Positions 51,443 through 64,000 of a stretch of 64,000 nucleotides of DNA are shown here, piece by piece (within the stretch, counting starts at the first letter, position 1; every line of letters starts with the position of its first letter). The notes under the pieces are model-generated. The model ran no database searches. It was not told the DNA's origin and saw nothing but the letters and a program-made list of their open reading frames with translations. Origin of the DNA: Eledone cirrhosa (taxonomy: Eukaryota); NCBI GenBank assembly GCA_964016885.1, contig OZ024743.1, positions 110,732,001 to 110,796,000 of the forward strand, given 5' to 3'. The position numbers and the translations under genes were made by a program.

Positions 51443-53222
51443 AAAGAACGAGGAATCAGTATTGCATCAAATCACACTTTAATAACATATTAAATATGTT
51501 TCTCCGTAGATCAGCTAAAGGCAATATCTGTTACAGATCGAAGCCGTCTCTGCATTCGAAAGGTCTTCAGATATGTCTTGCGTGTTCAAACATGTCAGCT
51601 GTTCTTTATCTGTAGTACATGTTACTATGAGCGCCTTAGAAGTTTTTTAGAGCAACACGTATTATTCATAGAGACAGACTCTAGCACAAGGACGGTGAAA
51701 TTCCTGGATGTAACCCTAGAGTTTCTCACAGGCATTCACCGGCCCTATAATGAGACTAACGAAAACTTACAATATGTAAGCAGACGTTCGAAAAATCCTA
51801 AGTCAGTAATCAACACTATAGTTAAGGGGGTTTCCAACCGTGTGTCTACCTGGTCGGCCGGCGCAGATGTGTTAAGCCAGTACGCCTAATATTATAAAGA
51901 GGCACTGGCTAGGACTGGTTATACAGAAGCCATAATATATACACCGGGCAAGGGCGGGTGAAACTGCGTGAATACACGGATAGCAATAATATAGTTATAA
52001 GCAGATACAATAACCGCGAACAGGCGCGAAATAATAAGCCCCGGAAAATAGATCAAAACAGGGATAATAGCATGACAGTCAAACAGATTCCGACGCCGAG
52101 AGACTCTAGGGCACATAACACACGGGAATAGAACCTCCATACCAGTACAACTAGGGATAAGAGAGATAGCGATAGCGATTGCATACGGACAACACACATT
52201 TTTGAACTACCTAGGGACACCACATTGGTCACTGACAAAGTTATATCACCGGCAACGTGGTCAGACAGTACGAACGGGAATGGTTTTAGGGCCATTAACA
52301 CTACGCATTATAATTCAGAAGTTGAAGACAGTAAATCTGACATATACGGTAAAACTAGGAATGGCGAGAACATGGGGTTGGAAAGATCGGATAAGCACGA
52401 CACGGGTAAACAACATGATTTTATACCTACTACAGACAGACAACACAATAGGACTAGATCTAGAAACATCAGGTGGTTCAATGCACCGTACTCGAATCAC
52501 GTGAGCACTAACATACCCGGCCTTTTTTAGGGCACTAGATGAGTGTTTCCCGGCCACACACAGGTACCACAGGCTATTCAATTGCCACACAGTGGAGTTC
52601 TCATTTTCTACTGAACCCAACAGGGGAGACTATATAGAGAAAACCAACTCTGTGAAGATGAGAAACTTCGAACTGCACCAACAAGAGACGAGGGGGTATT
52701 TCTGGAGTGACAGGGAGCACACTTAGGGACACGGCCAATACTTGCGGCACATACTCCACTGACAATCGACCCACAGTGTACCGGGAGCTCGACAACCAGG
52801 TGACACAAACAGTGAACGAGGCGGCCCAGTACGAGCGCAGATCGTCATGGAGGAGGTGAGGTGTGCGCCGAAACACCATCCCATCCCTAAGTAAATACCG
52901 AGCAATATGAAACCTGAATCTGTAACTGCCGCAATAGTACACGATACCCAATACAGGGGTACTGTCTAATGAAAGGCATCGTATATAAATGTGTGATTGA
53001 CACACACAACACAAAGCAGATGTACATCGGTGTAACATCCACGACGTGTAAATCGAGGATGTACAAATATACAAATTCTTTCAAGCACCGGGCTAGGAGG
53101 CACTCCACTAGATTGGCGGAATTAATCTGGAGCTTGAAATATAGTGGCACAATAAGAAAACTGGAGTACTATTCAATGTGCAAATGCATACTTCGCCGGT
53201 GAGAGACGGTGCAGACAATGTA
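51443..53222. mobile_element. Penelope-like element with inversion: 3' end on minus (51443-51695), thumb-to-GIY-YIG on plus (51690-53222)
   Basis: Plus: VKFLDVTL...HRPYNE..LQYVSRRS, RSRNIRWFNAPYSNHVSTNI, CNCR, KGIVYKC...MYIGVTSTTCKSR...STRLAELIWSLK, ending AGERRCRQC. Minus starts RPCARVCLYE*YVLL and has a decayed CTGAAGA motif at ~51564-51570. Confidence 0.88.
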
Positions 53223-53628
53223 TTAACATATATACATATGTATATCTAATAGAATTAGGATTTATCTTCATAGCTGTATACAGATATGAATTGAAATTTC
53301 GTATTTCGAAAGTTATTTTCTGAAATTTGATACATTTTAAAATCTGGCTTTACTCAGCATGACATCAGTCATACTCACTGTACCGGAACATTCTAAAATT
53401 CTCTTCTCTCACTTTCTGATCATCCTTTTTTGGGCGCAAAATTTGCCTAATTAGGTGACAATGCCCATCCATTTTTTGGTGCAAAAATTAGTATGTCCAA
53501 TGGCGTGACTGTCACCAACAAATAAATAAGTAAATAAATTTTAGTTTTGAAAATCATAAGAACTGTGAAACTGGTAAATTAAATAAGCATTCTTAAAATA
53601 CTCCTGTTGCATTTTTTATTTCATTTCC

Positions 53629-53629
<1 letters not shown>

Positions 53630-53711
<82 letters not shown>

Positions 53712-53802
53712 CATATAGAGAACGAGGGAGAGAGAGAGAGAGCGAGGAAGAGAGGGGAAGAGAGAGAGATGGAGATAGATAAATAGATAGAGAGATATAT
53801 AG
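53630..53802. repeat. (TA)n-(GA)n microsatellite
   Basis: Directly visible. Confidence 0.97.
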
Positions 53803-53864
53803 ATATGCTTCGGTAGTGACCGAACAAATGCTTGGAATTGAGTACCTCCAAATGTTTCTATTCT

Positions 53865-54200
53865 AAGCTGACTCGATATTGTGTGTGGCTTCGTAATCAG
53901 AGACACACTATAGGATAAGGCACTCATTCTCTAAATTAAGAGACCACATGTACGATACTACGGACATGTGCTTACACTTTGTAAGGAAAGAATCGCTGGA
54001 CAGATTTAAAACACAAAAACAAAGAGCAGGAGAGCAGAGTGTAGAACCCGAGCGACTTTCTTTGATAACATCCTGGTGATCACCTGTTCTCGCTTAGGAA
54101 TCAACCTGATCAATTGGAGACATCGGCTTCTACCAGAATCATTGTAAGGAGCACTTGAGAACTGTGTCCCTACGATCCTCCAAATAATAAGCGGGTGAAA
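53865..54200 (+). mobile_element. RTE LINE 3'-terminal fragment
   Basis: VIRDTL*DKALIL*IKRPHVRYYGHVLTLCKERIAGQI aligns with the minus-strand copy at 13700-14010 (VIRDSR...MIAGQIL). Confidence 0.72.
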
Positions 54201-54289
54201 AAGAACATAAACGCATAATGAAAATTATATAAAGCGTATGCGTGTCGCTGTGTGTGTGAGCGTGCATGTAAATTTAACCGCAGAAGGTT

Positions 54290-54790
54290 TCGATCTAATT
54301 ACCCCATGAACTATTTATCTTCAAGAACAGCATTGACAAGTGATATCACGAAGGGCAGGTGTCGGATCAGTCGGATGGAATTTGTCGACGATATATTATT
54401 ACTTAACTCGTTAGAACATGATCTCAGACTTGATAGGTTTGATGCTAAATGCTAAATGGCTGGAACGAAAACTAATCCTCTGAAGGGAGCCTGCTATGTT
54501 TTCTATACATATGAATGGAACTCCGATGAAGCAGATGGAAACATGCGAGTACCATGAGTGATGGAAGTCAGGATGCTGAATTAAGTGCAATTATTGCAGG
54601 AGCTGGTACAATACCGAGCTAGTTTCAGTACTCGGTAACCTGAAGAAAGGAGGTAACTGTAAAATCCAAACACGCTATATTCAATTCCGTATTCGTGACA
54701 ACCCTTATATATGGCCATGAATCTTTAATAATGCCAGAAATAATGTGATCACGAATACAAGCGGCAGAAATAGGTTCACTCCATATTCAT
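54290..54790 (+). mobile_element. RTE LINE RT fragment
   Basis: RMEFVDDILLLNSLEHDL..DRFDAKC, then TLIYGHESLIMPEIM*SRIQAAEIG; same family as 13557-14963. Confidence 0.8.
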
Positions 54791-56384
54791 TGAGATATAA
54801 TATTGTTAAAACAAATGTGTTGAAGCAAATTATTAAAACAAATTATTAATTTGCTTGAAAGACGAGATGATATTTTATCCTTTAATTATCTAAATGCATG
54901 AGGTTGTAATATTTAAAGGAATGGAATTACAAATTTTGAGAATTATTGAATTGGATATTCCCCTCTTCAAATATTTTCCCAATTTAGTTTTGCATCACCA
55001 CCAACATTATTTCATTTCCTATAATATTATTATTATTTATCAAATCATTGTTATGTAGCTAAAATGGTAAGATTGAAGCGAAGTTCTTCCAGCCTTTAGC
55101 TTTGCTGGCTACGTTTTTGTAGATCCGTGGGCTTTCTAAAATAACCTTGAATATTCCACTGTATTTTCCAGTGCTGAATGATTAATATAATCGTATAATA
55201 TGTGTGTTTACCATGTATACTTATGTACTAATTACTCATTTCCTCATTTATTTGTAAATGTCCACCTTCATTGTTTGTTAACCTGTTTTTAAAATATTTC
55301 TGCTAAATCATTATATATCAATGTATAGCTAAACTAAACTCTATATGAGTGGGTTAGTTTATTTCTACAGGCAGTACTTCGTCGGTAAACCTGTTTTACT
55401 TTAAGAAAAAACGCCCCTCCATTTTTTTGTTGGAATTGAAATGGCGGACAAAGATTTTGCGTCCACTACAAAGATTAGTTGACTTTCTATTGAATGGAAC
55501 ATTTACAATTCACAGAATAATGACTGCAGCAGTAAGAACGAGAACAACAATTACAGCAACCAATACCTAAAATGCTGTGCAGCAAGCGCAATGCTTGAAT
55601 TTCATTTTCCACTACTACAAGTTCTACCACCAAGAATGCCAGTGCCCCACCACCACGACATGAAAACATCTAAAACAATACCACTAACACCAACATTACC
55701 ACTACCACCACCGACGTCACCACCCCAACCAACAACAACAGCAACAACGACTTCAAAATAAAGCTAACACAGACAATAGCAACAACACACATGAAAACGA
55801 AAACAAAAGACAATAAGTAAAGCGCCCAGTGAGTGTCCCAACTAAATTCTCCCTCTCCCGCTTTCTCTCCGTCTCCTCTACACATAAACTCATTCATAGT
55901 TTCCCACACAAACTCAAACTTAAAGTCACATCCGAGGCAGGAACCTCCTCATCTCGAACTCAAGATGAGCAGGAACATCTGACCCAAAGCAAAAGGAAAC
56001 AAAACGCACAAAACATCTTTCCACACAACAACACACACAACTGTGCGCCAGGAAACACTGCATTCATCCCAACAACAACTACATGCACAGCCACATGAAC
56101 ACCACAACCGCCTACACAATCTCTGCTACCACCACCAGCACCAGCACCAGCAAAGATATCTCAAAACGAACACCAGTGAAACAAAAACCGAACCTAGTAC
56201 CAGTGAGAATTTAAGATATTGAGAGAGTGGGCAAGATTTTCGGCACCAGCACTTTCTACATAGCACAAATATTAATGGTGTTGCGAATATCTCTAGAAAC
56301 CTACAAAAACACTGTTCCGACAGAAGGAGGGACCCCTAATATAAAAGCAATGAGTAGGCTTTTCAAGGAGTTCCATTTAAAGTA

Positions 56385-56388
56385 GTAT

Positions 56389-56452
<64 letters not shown>

Positions 56453-56486
56453 GGTACTACTACTACTAGTAGTAGTAGTAGTAGTA
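56385..56486. repeat. (TAG)n microsatellite with internal inverted (TAC)n block
   Basis: Directly visible. Confidence 0.96.
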
Positions 56487-57831
56487 TTTAGTTTTGGTGG
56501 GTGGTTGTCCAGGAATAATTTTATTTTTGAGCTTTCAAACAATTTACGAGTTATTGTTGTAAAACTGTCGTTACACAACGAAACTAACCAACAAATAAGA
56601 AACAAAAGAAATGAAACATATTTTATGACAATATATATCATTCGGAAAAGGAAAAAGAAATGTCAATATTCAGTCCATGATCATAAAGTTCATTAAAGAC
56701 TTCAACTAAATTAACGGAAAACTTAATTTGTCACCCTTTTCATCATCTTAGAATAAAGCATTTCTCTCCGTGCATATACGAAGCATATCACGAAGTTTGG
56801 CAATTGTTTTATTGCATTTCGCTTGTTGCTCGGTCTAGATCACCTTTACAAGCGGTAAATAAGCAAATAAATCAATTGTGTAATTGCATGAGGAATCGAT
56901 AGAGCAACTGATCTGGAGATTCAGGCGCTGCACTAAGGATTTTCGCATCACGTTCCATAATGCTTCTGGATTAGGGTCCTGTGCTAATTTGCATTTAAGC
57001 GACTTATTGATCGATGTGTTGATGTCGACGAAAATTTCGATTCAGGGATATCCCCTTTTCTATTATGTTAAAGAAAATCACAGTTAATCTTCATTGAATG
57101 TTTCTAGCATGTAAATAGAAATGAAAGCATACAAGTGGACAAGTTGAACATTTCTAACCGGACACGACAAAATAGTTTAATCTAGTAGAAACCAAGCGGA
57201 AATCTCCACAACGGCGAACAATTTCACTTGCATATCCTAGAGTTTACTTAGTTTCATGACTAAATTCAGATCCCTTACATTCCTTTTGTACGTATTTGTT
57301 TAGTGCTGATTCGGGTGCTATACGTTTTCTATTTTAAATCTGCTCCTGTTCACTTCGCATATTGAGTTCCAGCATTTTCACCCACTGAGTTTTCCAATTC
57401 AACCGACAGCAGCTCCTTTATCCCCCACAATACAATCTAGAAATCCTGTTTTGTAATGCACTGGTAAGAGAAACTCTCATATCTCTAAACCAGAACTTGT
57501 CTATTCAAGGAAAATATCATATTTGAAGGCATATTTTAAATAGAAAGTTTATTATTTCCCTTGATTTCAATTTTCACCTTCTTAATTCAGTTAGCTTTCA
57601 AATATATATAATATAATTTTTTCTACGTTAGGCACATAATGTAATATAATATAAACGTTTCACTGAAACTACTAAAATAATTATATATATTATCATGTTT
57701 TCTCTCTGGTTCAGTTGTAATCATTGATCTAATAAACATCAATAAAATCTATTTTCTGTTATTAGATGTTTACGTTTTCTTTCATCTATTTGTAAGTTTG
57801 TATGTCATAGTATGTCATTGAAGTGTCACTT

Positions 57832-58012
57832 TGGCAGTATCGGTAGAGGATTGGGCGCCATTCTTTGCAGCACAGTTACATCCATTTACGGACTGAGTTC
57901 AATTCCGCCGAGGTTAACTTTGCCTTTCATCCTTACGGGGCCGATGAAATAAAGTACCAGTTATACCCTCGGATAATTGCTGGCCTTGTGCCTAAACTAG
58001 AAACAATTATTT
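57832..58012 (+). mobile_element. SINE (octopus-type), near full length
   Basis: TGGCAGTATCGGTAGAG head, GAGTTCAATTCC B box, GCCTTTCATCCTTACGGGGCCGATGAAATAAAGTACCAG core. Confidence 0.88.
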
Positions 58013-58599
58013 AACATATTAAACGTGTTTATAGATGAATCACCATTCTTGTTACGTGGTATGAGTTTTATGAACACCATGAAACATTATTTTAAAAATC
58101 TAAACGAATATAATTGTTTATCAGTTTTAGCATAGTTTCATACATATGAGAGAAACAGCTGTTCAACGTCCAATGACATATGCAACTCCATTCAAATATG
58201 TTTATAGTATTGTTTTAATGTAATAAAAAGGGCGCGTGGGCTGGAGAACCATTGAAATGATGGAATTTACTTATTCGTCTAGTAAAATTGTTTTCAATTT
58301 ACAAATATAATTCTTTCATCGTAGTTATGCATAAAGTTTAAGAATCACAAATCAGGGGATCTGCTGAAATTCCTTATAATCTTTCCAAGTGGTGCTGAGA
58401 ACATTATTTTGTATACACGTGTTGATATCATAATATAACAATCAGTTCGTAATTCATCCACCTCTAACAAATTATTGAAGCAATCCTTTTGTTTTACACG
58501 TGTAGTCCGAATGAATATTTATCTCATTAAGTCCATGATATTTTAAAGTTTGTGCATACTCTAAAAAAACAGTTTATGGGATTGTATTACGTTAGTCCC

Positions 58600-59330
58600 G
58601 AGGGATACATGTTTTCTTTTCCTCGATTAGTCATCCCTACGTTCGTTCTATATCTTGCAAAATATCATTTTTTACTTTAGCAATTAATAGATGCTACCTG
58701 AGGCTTAATTTAAGATTGTGATAGGAAGAGTTGATTTTATTACAACTTATCTTATATACTTTATCCTATTCAATACGCTTTTAGTCACATCCGAAAATCT
58801 TATTTTCTTTCTCACGATTATTCAATGCTCATACATAACGTTTCGAATGGTGTCGCCCGTGGTAATCAATCCACTGACTAATTTCCTCCTCTGAAAACCA
58901 AACCCTTTTTATTGTAGTTAGTGCTGCATAATGTATCTGTTTTTGCACAATCCTGAATAAATTCGCTGTAGGCTGGAATATAGGTATTTGTTTGGTTCCA
59001 ATACGTTAAGTCTATTTTTTGTATTTTTTCATAGTTTTGAATATTTTGTAATTTGGCGCAGATGTCTTGGGCGCAAATTTTCTCGAGTTGTCTTTGTCGC
59101 AAGCAATCTTTGAATTATGGGAGTTTTCCTCATTATTATATTTACTTTATTTAGATCATTATCGATGGAAAAGTCATAATCGCGATTTGTCCTTTTATGG
59201 CATGTATTTTGTTTCTTTCTCTTCATATTCTATACTATTTACTTGGCTCGAGATATTATTTAGTGGTAGATCTGTCAGGGAGCTTGTTTTCTTAAAATAG
59301 AATGTATTATTAAAACGATTTCTTTATTTC
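58600..59330 (-). mobile_element. Possible very old PLE relic
   Basis: Minus NNTFYFKK...DLPLNNISSQ (RT-like) and YWNQTNTYIPAYSEF (weakly GIY-YIG-like); strand asymmetry like 5480-9545. Confidence 0.3.
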
Positions 59331-60524
59331 CCTGGGTATAATGAGTTGCAGTACTAACAATAGACGGAATTTGTTATCTCCTTCACTATACATTAAGATG
59401 TACGAGATTCTACTGTTTAACATTTTTTTTCCGAATGTTCATTGTATTAATAAATATGTAAATACCTGGCAAAAGTGTATGTGATATAATATACCAGAAA
59501 GTATTCTTATTAAAAACAGCAAATTTTTATGATAGGATAACATATTTATTAAATTTATCCACATATATTTATCTTAGAAATGTGTGTACTTAATTGTGTT
59601 ACATGCATTACAGTATTTTCTTGGTAGATAATATCTTTATATTCCGGGGTGATGCTGTCTTTCGTTGCTTCAAGAATATTGTGTAATCAAAGATATATAG
59701 AATACTAACACGTTGATATGATTAGATAAAATTCATTGTAGTTTTGTTGCTATCTAAAATGTCATGTGTTTCATGTATATAACCGATACAGCTGATCACC
59801 ATCTTAAATTATGAAATTAAAACTGAAGTATTATGGTAATTACGCCAACACTATTTTCAGTGTTTCAAAATGTGTCCTACCTTCTAAAAAATACCAAATG
59901 TACAATCATATTATAGGTAGCGTAATTGATGTATATCTTTCCTAGAGGATTTAGTTGCCCATACATCAGTGAGAAGATACAATGTCTACACCCACCCTCT
60001 GGAATGCATGTCATCTCCAACGGTATATGAACGCAAAATGGTGAGAGAGGAAACTAATATCCAACGCACTAACATCTCTGCCAAATTGACCGCCATGCAC
60101 AATGTGGGTAAAAAATAATAGTGATTTATATCAAGTAAACATTCCAACTCAACATTTCTATAAAACTAACCACTACTTTCCACAGTACCTATTGTTGGTT
60201 GCTTTACATGCTAGACTAGCAATCATTGGAGGTTCTAAAAACAGTAAGAATATCGTAGACATCTTGACTCAGAACATCTATGCTCAATACGAAAGGTGAA
60301 AAAAATATTAAGTTCAAGCACATCGTTAACAATTGTCCCTATTACAAATGTGGTTGACAGGACGAAATTGAATAATATATATTTCAACAGCAACAATAAT
60401 AGACCTTCTAGGTTCTTAAGTAATCAGTTGCTTTGCCAGTGATCTATGTCTAATAAACACAAATTATTAAACAGATGTGGAGGTGATACAATTCTTATGA
60501 TTAATCATATTGATTTCTTATTCA

Positions 60525-60655
60525 GGCAGAAGCGCAACAGCTTTCTGGGCGTGGAATTCAATTAATTCTACTCCAATGCGTTACTGATTCTTTATTTTCT
60601 CGACCCAGTAAGGATGAAAGACAAAGCTTACATCAACAGGATTTGAAATCATATT
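60525..60655 (-). mobile_element. SINE fragment
   Basis: TTTATTTTCTCGACCCAGTAAGGATGAAAGACAAAG core. Confidence 0.7.
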
Positions 60656-60799
60656 TTAAGGAGGAACATTTCTAATTTTCCCTACCGAACCGTTTCATAG
60701 TTCGTACGTATTCCGAAGCAAATGTGTGTGTCTATGTAATCGATTATTGATAATCAGCTATTGATTTTGTTAAGGCTACGAAAGACGCGAAACTATTCA

Positions 60800-61330
60800 G
60801 CAGAGGAATCGTCTTGACGTCCTTGAGAGTATGAGTGTCTCAGACTTCGCAGCATGATGTTTATTCTTCTGGGGCAGCACTTGGCAGCAAAGTTATTAAG
60901 TACAGGTCACAGAACATCTCATGTCGAGTTAAGTAATATGATATTGTCTTCAAATTACAGCCGACTGGTCCTTCACCCACCAATCATAATAGAATTTCCG
61001 ACCCGGCTTGTGCGGAAATTTATAATCAGGAGGTGTGACATTTCGCACCAATCCGTTAAATCCGACAGCCACTTTGAGATGTTTCTACAACATTCTTATA
61101 GATACATCAGGACAAGAGGCATTCCATTATTCCCTTGGTTATTTGCAGGATCTTCCAGAACAGGAGTCTTAAACACTGCGGTATGTTTTTCCAAGTTTAC
61201 GAATCAAGAAAAAGGCTCCCTCGATTTCTCAAAGACAAACCACAGTGAACATGTTGGGTCAGCTCTGCTGTGTGTGGGCAGAAGGAAATCAGCTCACAAA
61301 TGCATCAGATGTTGCTGTGAACGGGTATAG
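60800..61330 (-). mobile_element. RTE LINE RT fragment
   Basis: Minus SRL*FEDNIILLNST...VLNNFAAKCC, matching the FVDDILLLNS...FDAKC block at 54380-54452. Confidence 0.65.
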
Positions 61331-62284
61331 AAGATGGGTAAAATATTTTCTCCATCTCGCGAGGTAGATCGGAATATTAAAATCATGCTTCGGTTTTTGA
61401 TAGGAATGGTATGTCATGGAAGTTTTCAGATAATATGAAATATAGCAAAATAATGCAAATTGAAAACATGTTAGGATTGTATTGTTAACTGTAGCAGCAG
61501 TATGAATTTCTAGAGTGGTTTTCATGAAATCAGATGCCAGTACAAATTCAGATTACACTTAATATTTCAAGCTCCGCAATTCACGTCATACAAGAAGAGG
61601 TTTAATATCAAAGCACCATAACATTCCGTATATCATCATCAAACTATTTTTCATATCCTAGCTCATACAACCTCGTGAAATACGTACACATATTACACTT
61701 CTCTCTATCTCCCTCTCTCCCTCTCTCTCTCTCTCTATCATGTGTGTGTGAGTGTGTGTTTTTGTTTGTCAACCCTTGTGTGTGTACTTACATTTATGAA
61801 ACCATATAGATATATATATATAAATATGCATATCTGTGTATGCATTCATGTATCCTGCTTATTCTTGATTGTTGTGTGTATTAAATAAATCGTGGTGATA
61901 CAAATAAGTATGAAATATCATTGCCAAGTAGATCTTGCATTGATTATAGAGTATAGGATTACTTTTTGTAATTATTTTATTCGTTCTTATATATTTTTTG
62001 TCCCCACTTGAATATGAGCCTTCGACGAAACAGAAAAAAATCGATAAATTGTGAAGTGTTGTATGTCAATACAAAGTAGACGTGAAATTTATGAAGAAGA
62101 GAAACTTCAGTGTTCATGCCAGAGGCTTAGCTTTTCTAACTTAAACAAAGCAACAATTCACTTCACTCAAATTGTTAAAGCAGATCTCAAATGAAATATA
62201 CGTGCATATTTCTCTTGATACAAATTTATATTTGTGCTACTTCCTATTCCATTTTTGTCAACAAATTTCGTTATATACATGTAT

Positions 62285-62285
<1 letters not shown>

Positions 62286-62366
<81 letters not shown>

Positions 62367-62460
62367 CCATCGTCATCACCATCATCATCATCGTCATCAT
62401 CATCGTCACCGTTCATCATCATCATCATCAACAACATCACCACCGCCATCATCATCATCA
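62286..62460. repeat. (CAT)n microsatellite
   Basis: Directly visible; explains the poly-His/Ser/Ile/Met/Asp ORFs. Confidence 0.98.
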
Positions 62461-62942
62461 TTGTTATTATTATTGCTGTTATTGTTGTTATTGCTGCGGC
62501 TATTATTATAGTTGTGAATGTTACTTGATATTTATGCACATATATAATACATACATGCATACATACATCTATATAAATGATTTTATTTAAAATGATATCC
62601 ATTTTATGTATTGCTCTATTAGCTGATTGAGTTGCTCTAGTTAAAGGTGTTGGTGAGGTATTTCTTGCTCTGCTCTCTACCACTGTTCAATCCATGTGAT
62701 GCTAAAATGGACATGGTTTTCAATCTATTCTAGTGTGACGTTAATACCTATCTTAACAACATACGCGTGTTGGTTTTTCAACTCACATTCCCAACGAATA
62801 ATGTGTATTCCCTTAAAGAATTCCTTAGTTGGTGGTGTTTTCTACGGTGTAATTCTTGATATTACGCGATTCCATATGGAATCCATAGCAATAATTACTT
62901 AACTATGTTCTTTTTCCATCTAATTACAAACATTTATTATCA

Positions 62943-63640
62943 AAACTACAATAAAGTGAGGTCTGCAGGACTGCGTACGGTTTATTTCTTTTAATCCAGT
63001 TAGTAAAATAAGTTGGATTACTTTGAATAAGTAACGAATGAAAATTAAATAATTTATGTACTAAATTTTGTAAACATAAATAATTTCTTAAAAATAAATC
63101 ATTTAAAATTGACTTATTTTCAAAGTTGCACGTCCGGTATATCGTCGCCAACAACACCACCTCAACTATATATATATAGAAATATAGAGTGTGTGATGAG
63201 AGAGATAGAGAGATTATGATTTTCTGCACATATCTTCGACACATACTTTCACACAAACATACATACATTCACACATAGTTCACACATACTTTCACAAAAA
63301 TATACATACATTTACACAAACACACACATACAGTCATGATAGCGTTCGTTGAAGTGGAAATGGGAGGGTAAAACAAGCATGACGTTTTATGTATTTATTA
63401 ACTCTTTTTTTTAAACTCATCGAAACTATAATAAAGTAAGGAGCGCGGGACTGCGTACGGTTTATAATTGTTTATCCCATTAGTATTTAAGTTGGATTAC
63501 TTTGAATAAATAAAGAATGAATATTACATAATGTATCTACTAAATTTCGTGGCTGTTGATTAAATATGTTTTATTTATTTAAAGATTCACTTTTTTAAAA
63601 TGTCTGAAATGTCAACACTTCCGGTTGGCGATCGCTTAAA
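62943..63640. repeat. Diverged ~215-bp direct repeat (62943-63160, 63423-63640)
   Basis: GGACTGCGTACGGTTTAT at 62968 and 63448; TAAGTTGGATTACTTTGAATAA in both copies. Confidence 0.88.
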
Positions 63641-63845
63641 TAAACATACTAATTTTCTCCTAATGCAGTTCATATATAATATCGTCTTTTTTAATGTATC
63701 ATGGATTACGTTACTTATCACATAAGACAGTGTAACCCAGTGTTCGTTCAATTTCTATGTATATTGAGAATTACGATTTTATTTGATGTATTATATCTAC
63801 CTGTATATATACCTGCGTATAATATCAATATACACACTAGACCTG

Positions 63846-63883
63846 CTAGCAGAAAACCCACCGAAGGGTGCTTTTTCTGCTAG
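63846..63883. repeat. Short hairpin ending in CTAG (Helitron 3'-end-like)
   Basis: CTAGCAGAAAA cccaccgaagggtgct TTTTCTGCTAG followed by T. Confidence 0.5.
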
Positions 63884-64000
63884 TTTAATATAGTGGTTAC
63901 AGAACGAAAACACTAACAAATATACAAATATACAAAGGAAAGGGAAAGGAAAAACAGAAAGTGCACGCGAAACTAAGGAAAAACGAGCAATATAGCGAGG

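Overview
AT-rich, microsatellite-dense eukaryotic DNA. The SINE family and repeat landscape suggest an octopus/cephalopod genome (inference). I found no intact host gene, rRNA/tRNA gene or CRISPR array, and most ORFs in the track are microsatellite artefacts. The window is dominated by mobile elements: (1) a complete but frameshifted hAT/Buster transposon at 15979-18563 with TIRs and a perfect 8-bp TSD, plus two Buster-type MITEs with perfect TSDs; (2) many Penelope-like element (PLE) relics with RT and GIY-YIG motifs; (3) RTE and Tx1/L1-type LINE fragments; (4) SINEs. The strongest pattern is that several unrelated short elements share one design: they abut (TA)n tracts, fold back on themselves as outward-pointing inverted repeats, and carry a minimal type I hammerhead ribozyme (CTGANGA...GAAA, palindromic helix III) near the outer end. 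About ten intact or decayed hammerheads are visible. Several retroelements are split into two pieces contiguous in the ORF but inverted or permuted. All translations, alignments and folds were done by eye.
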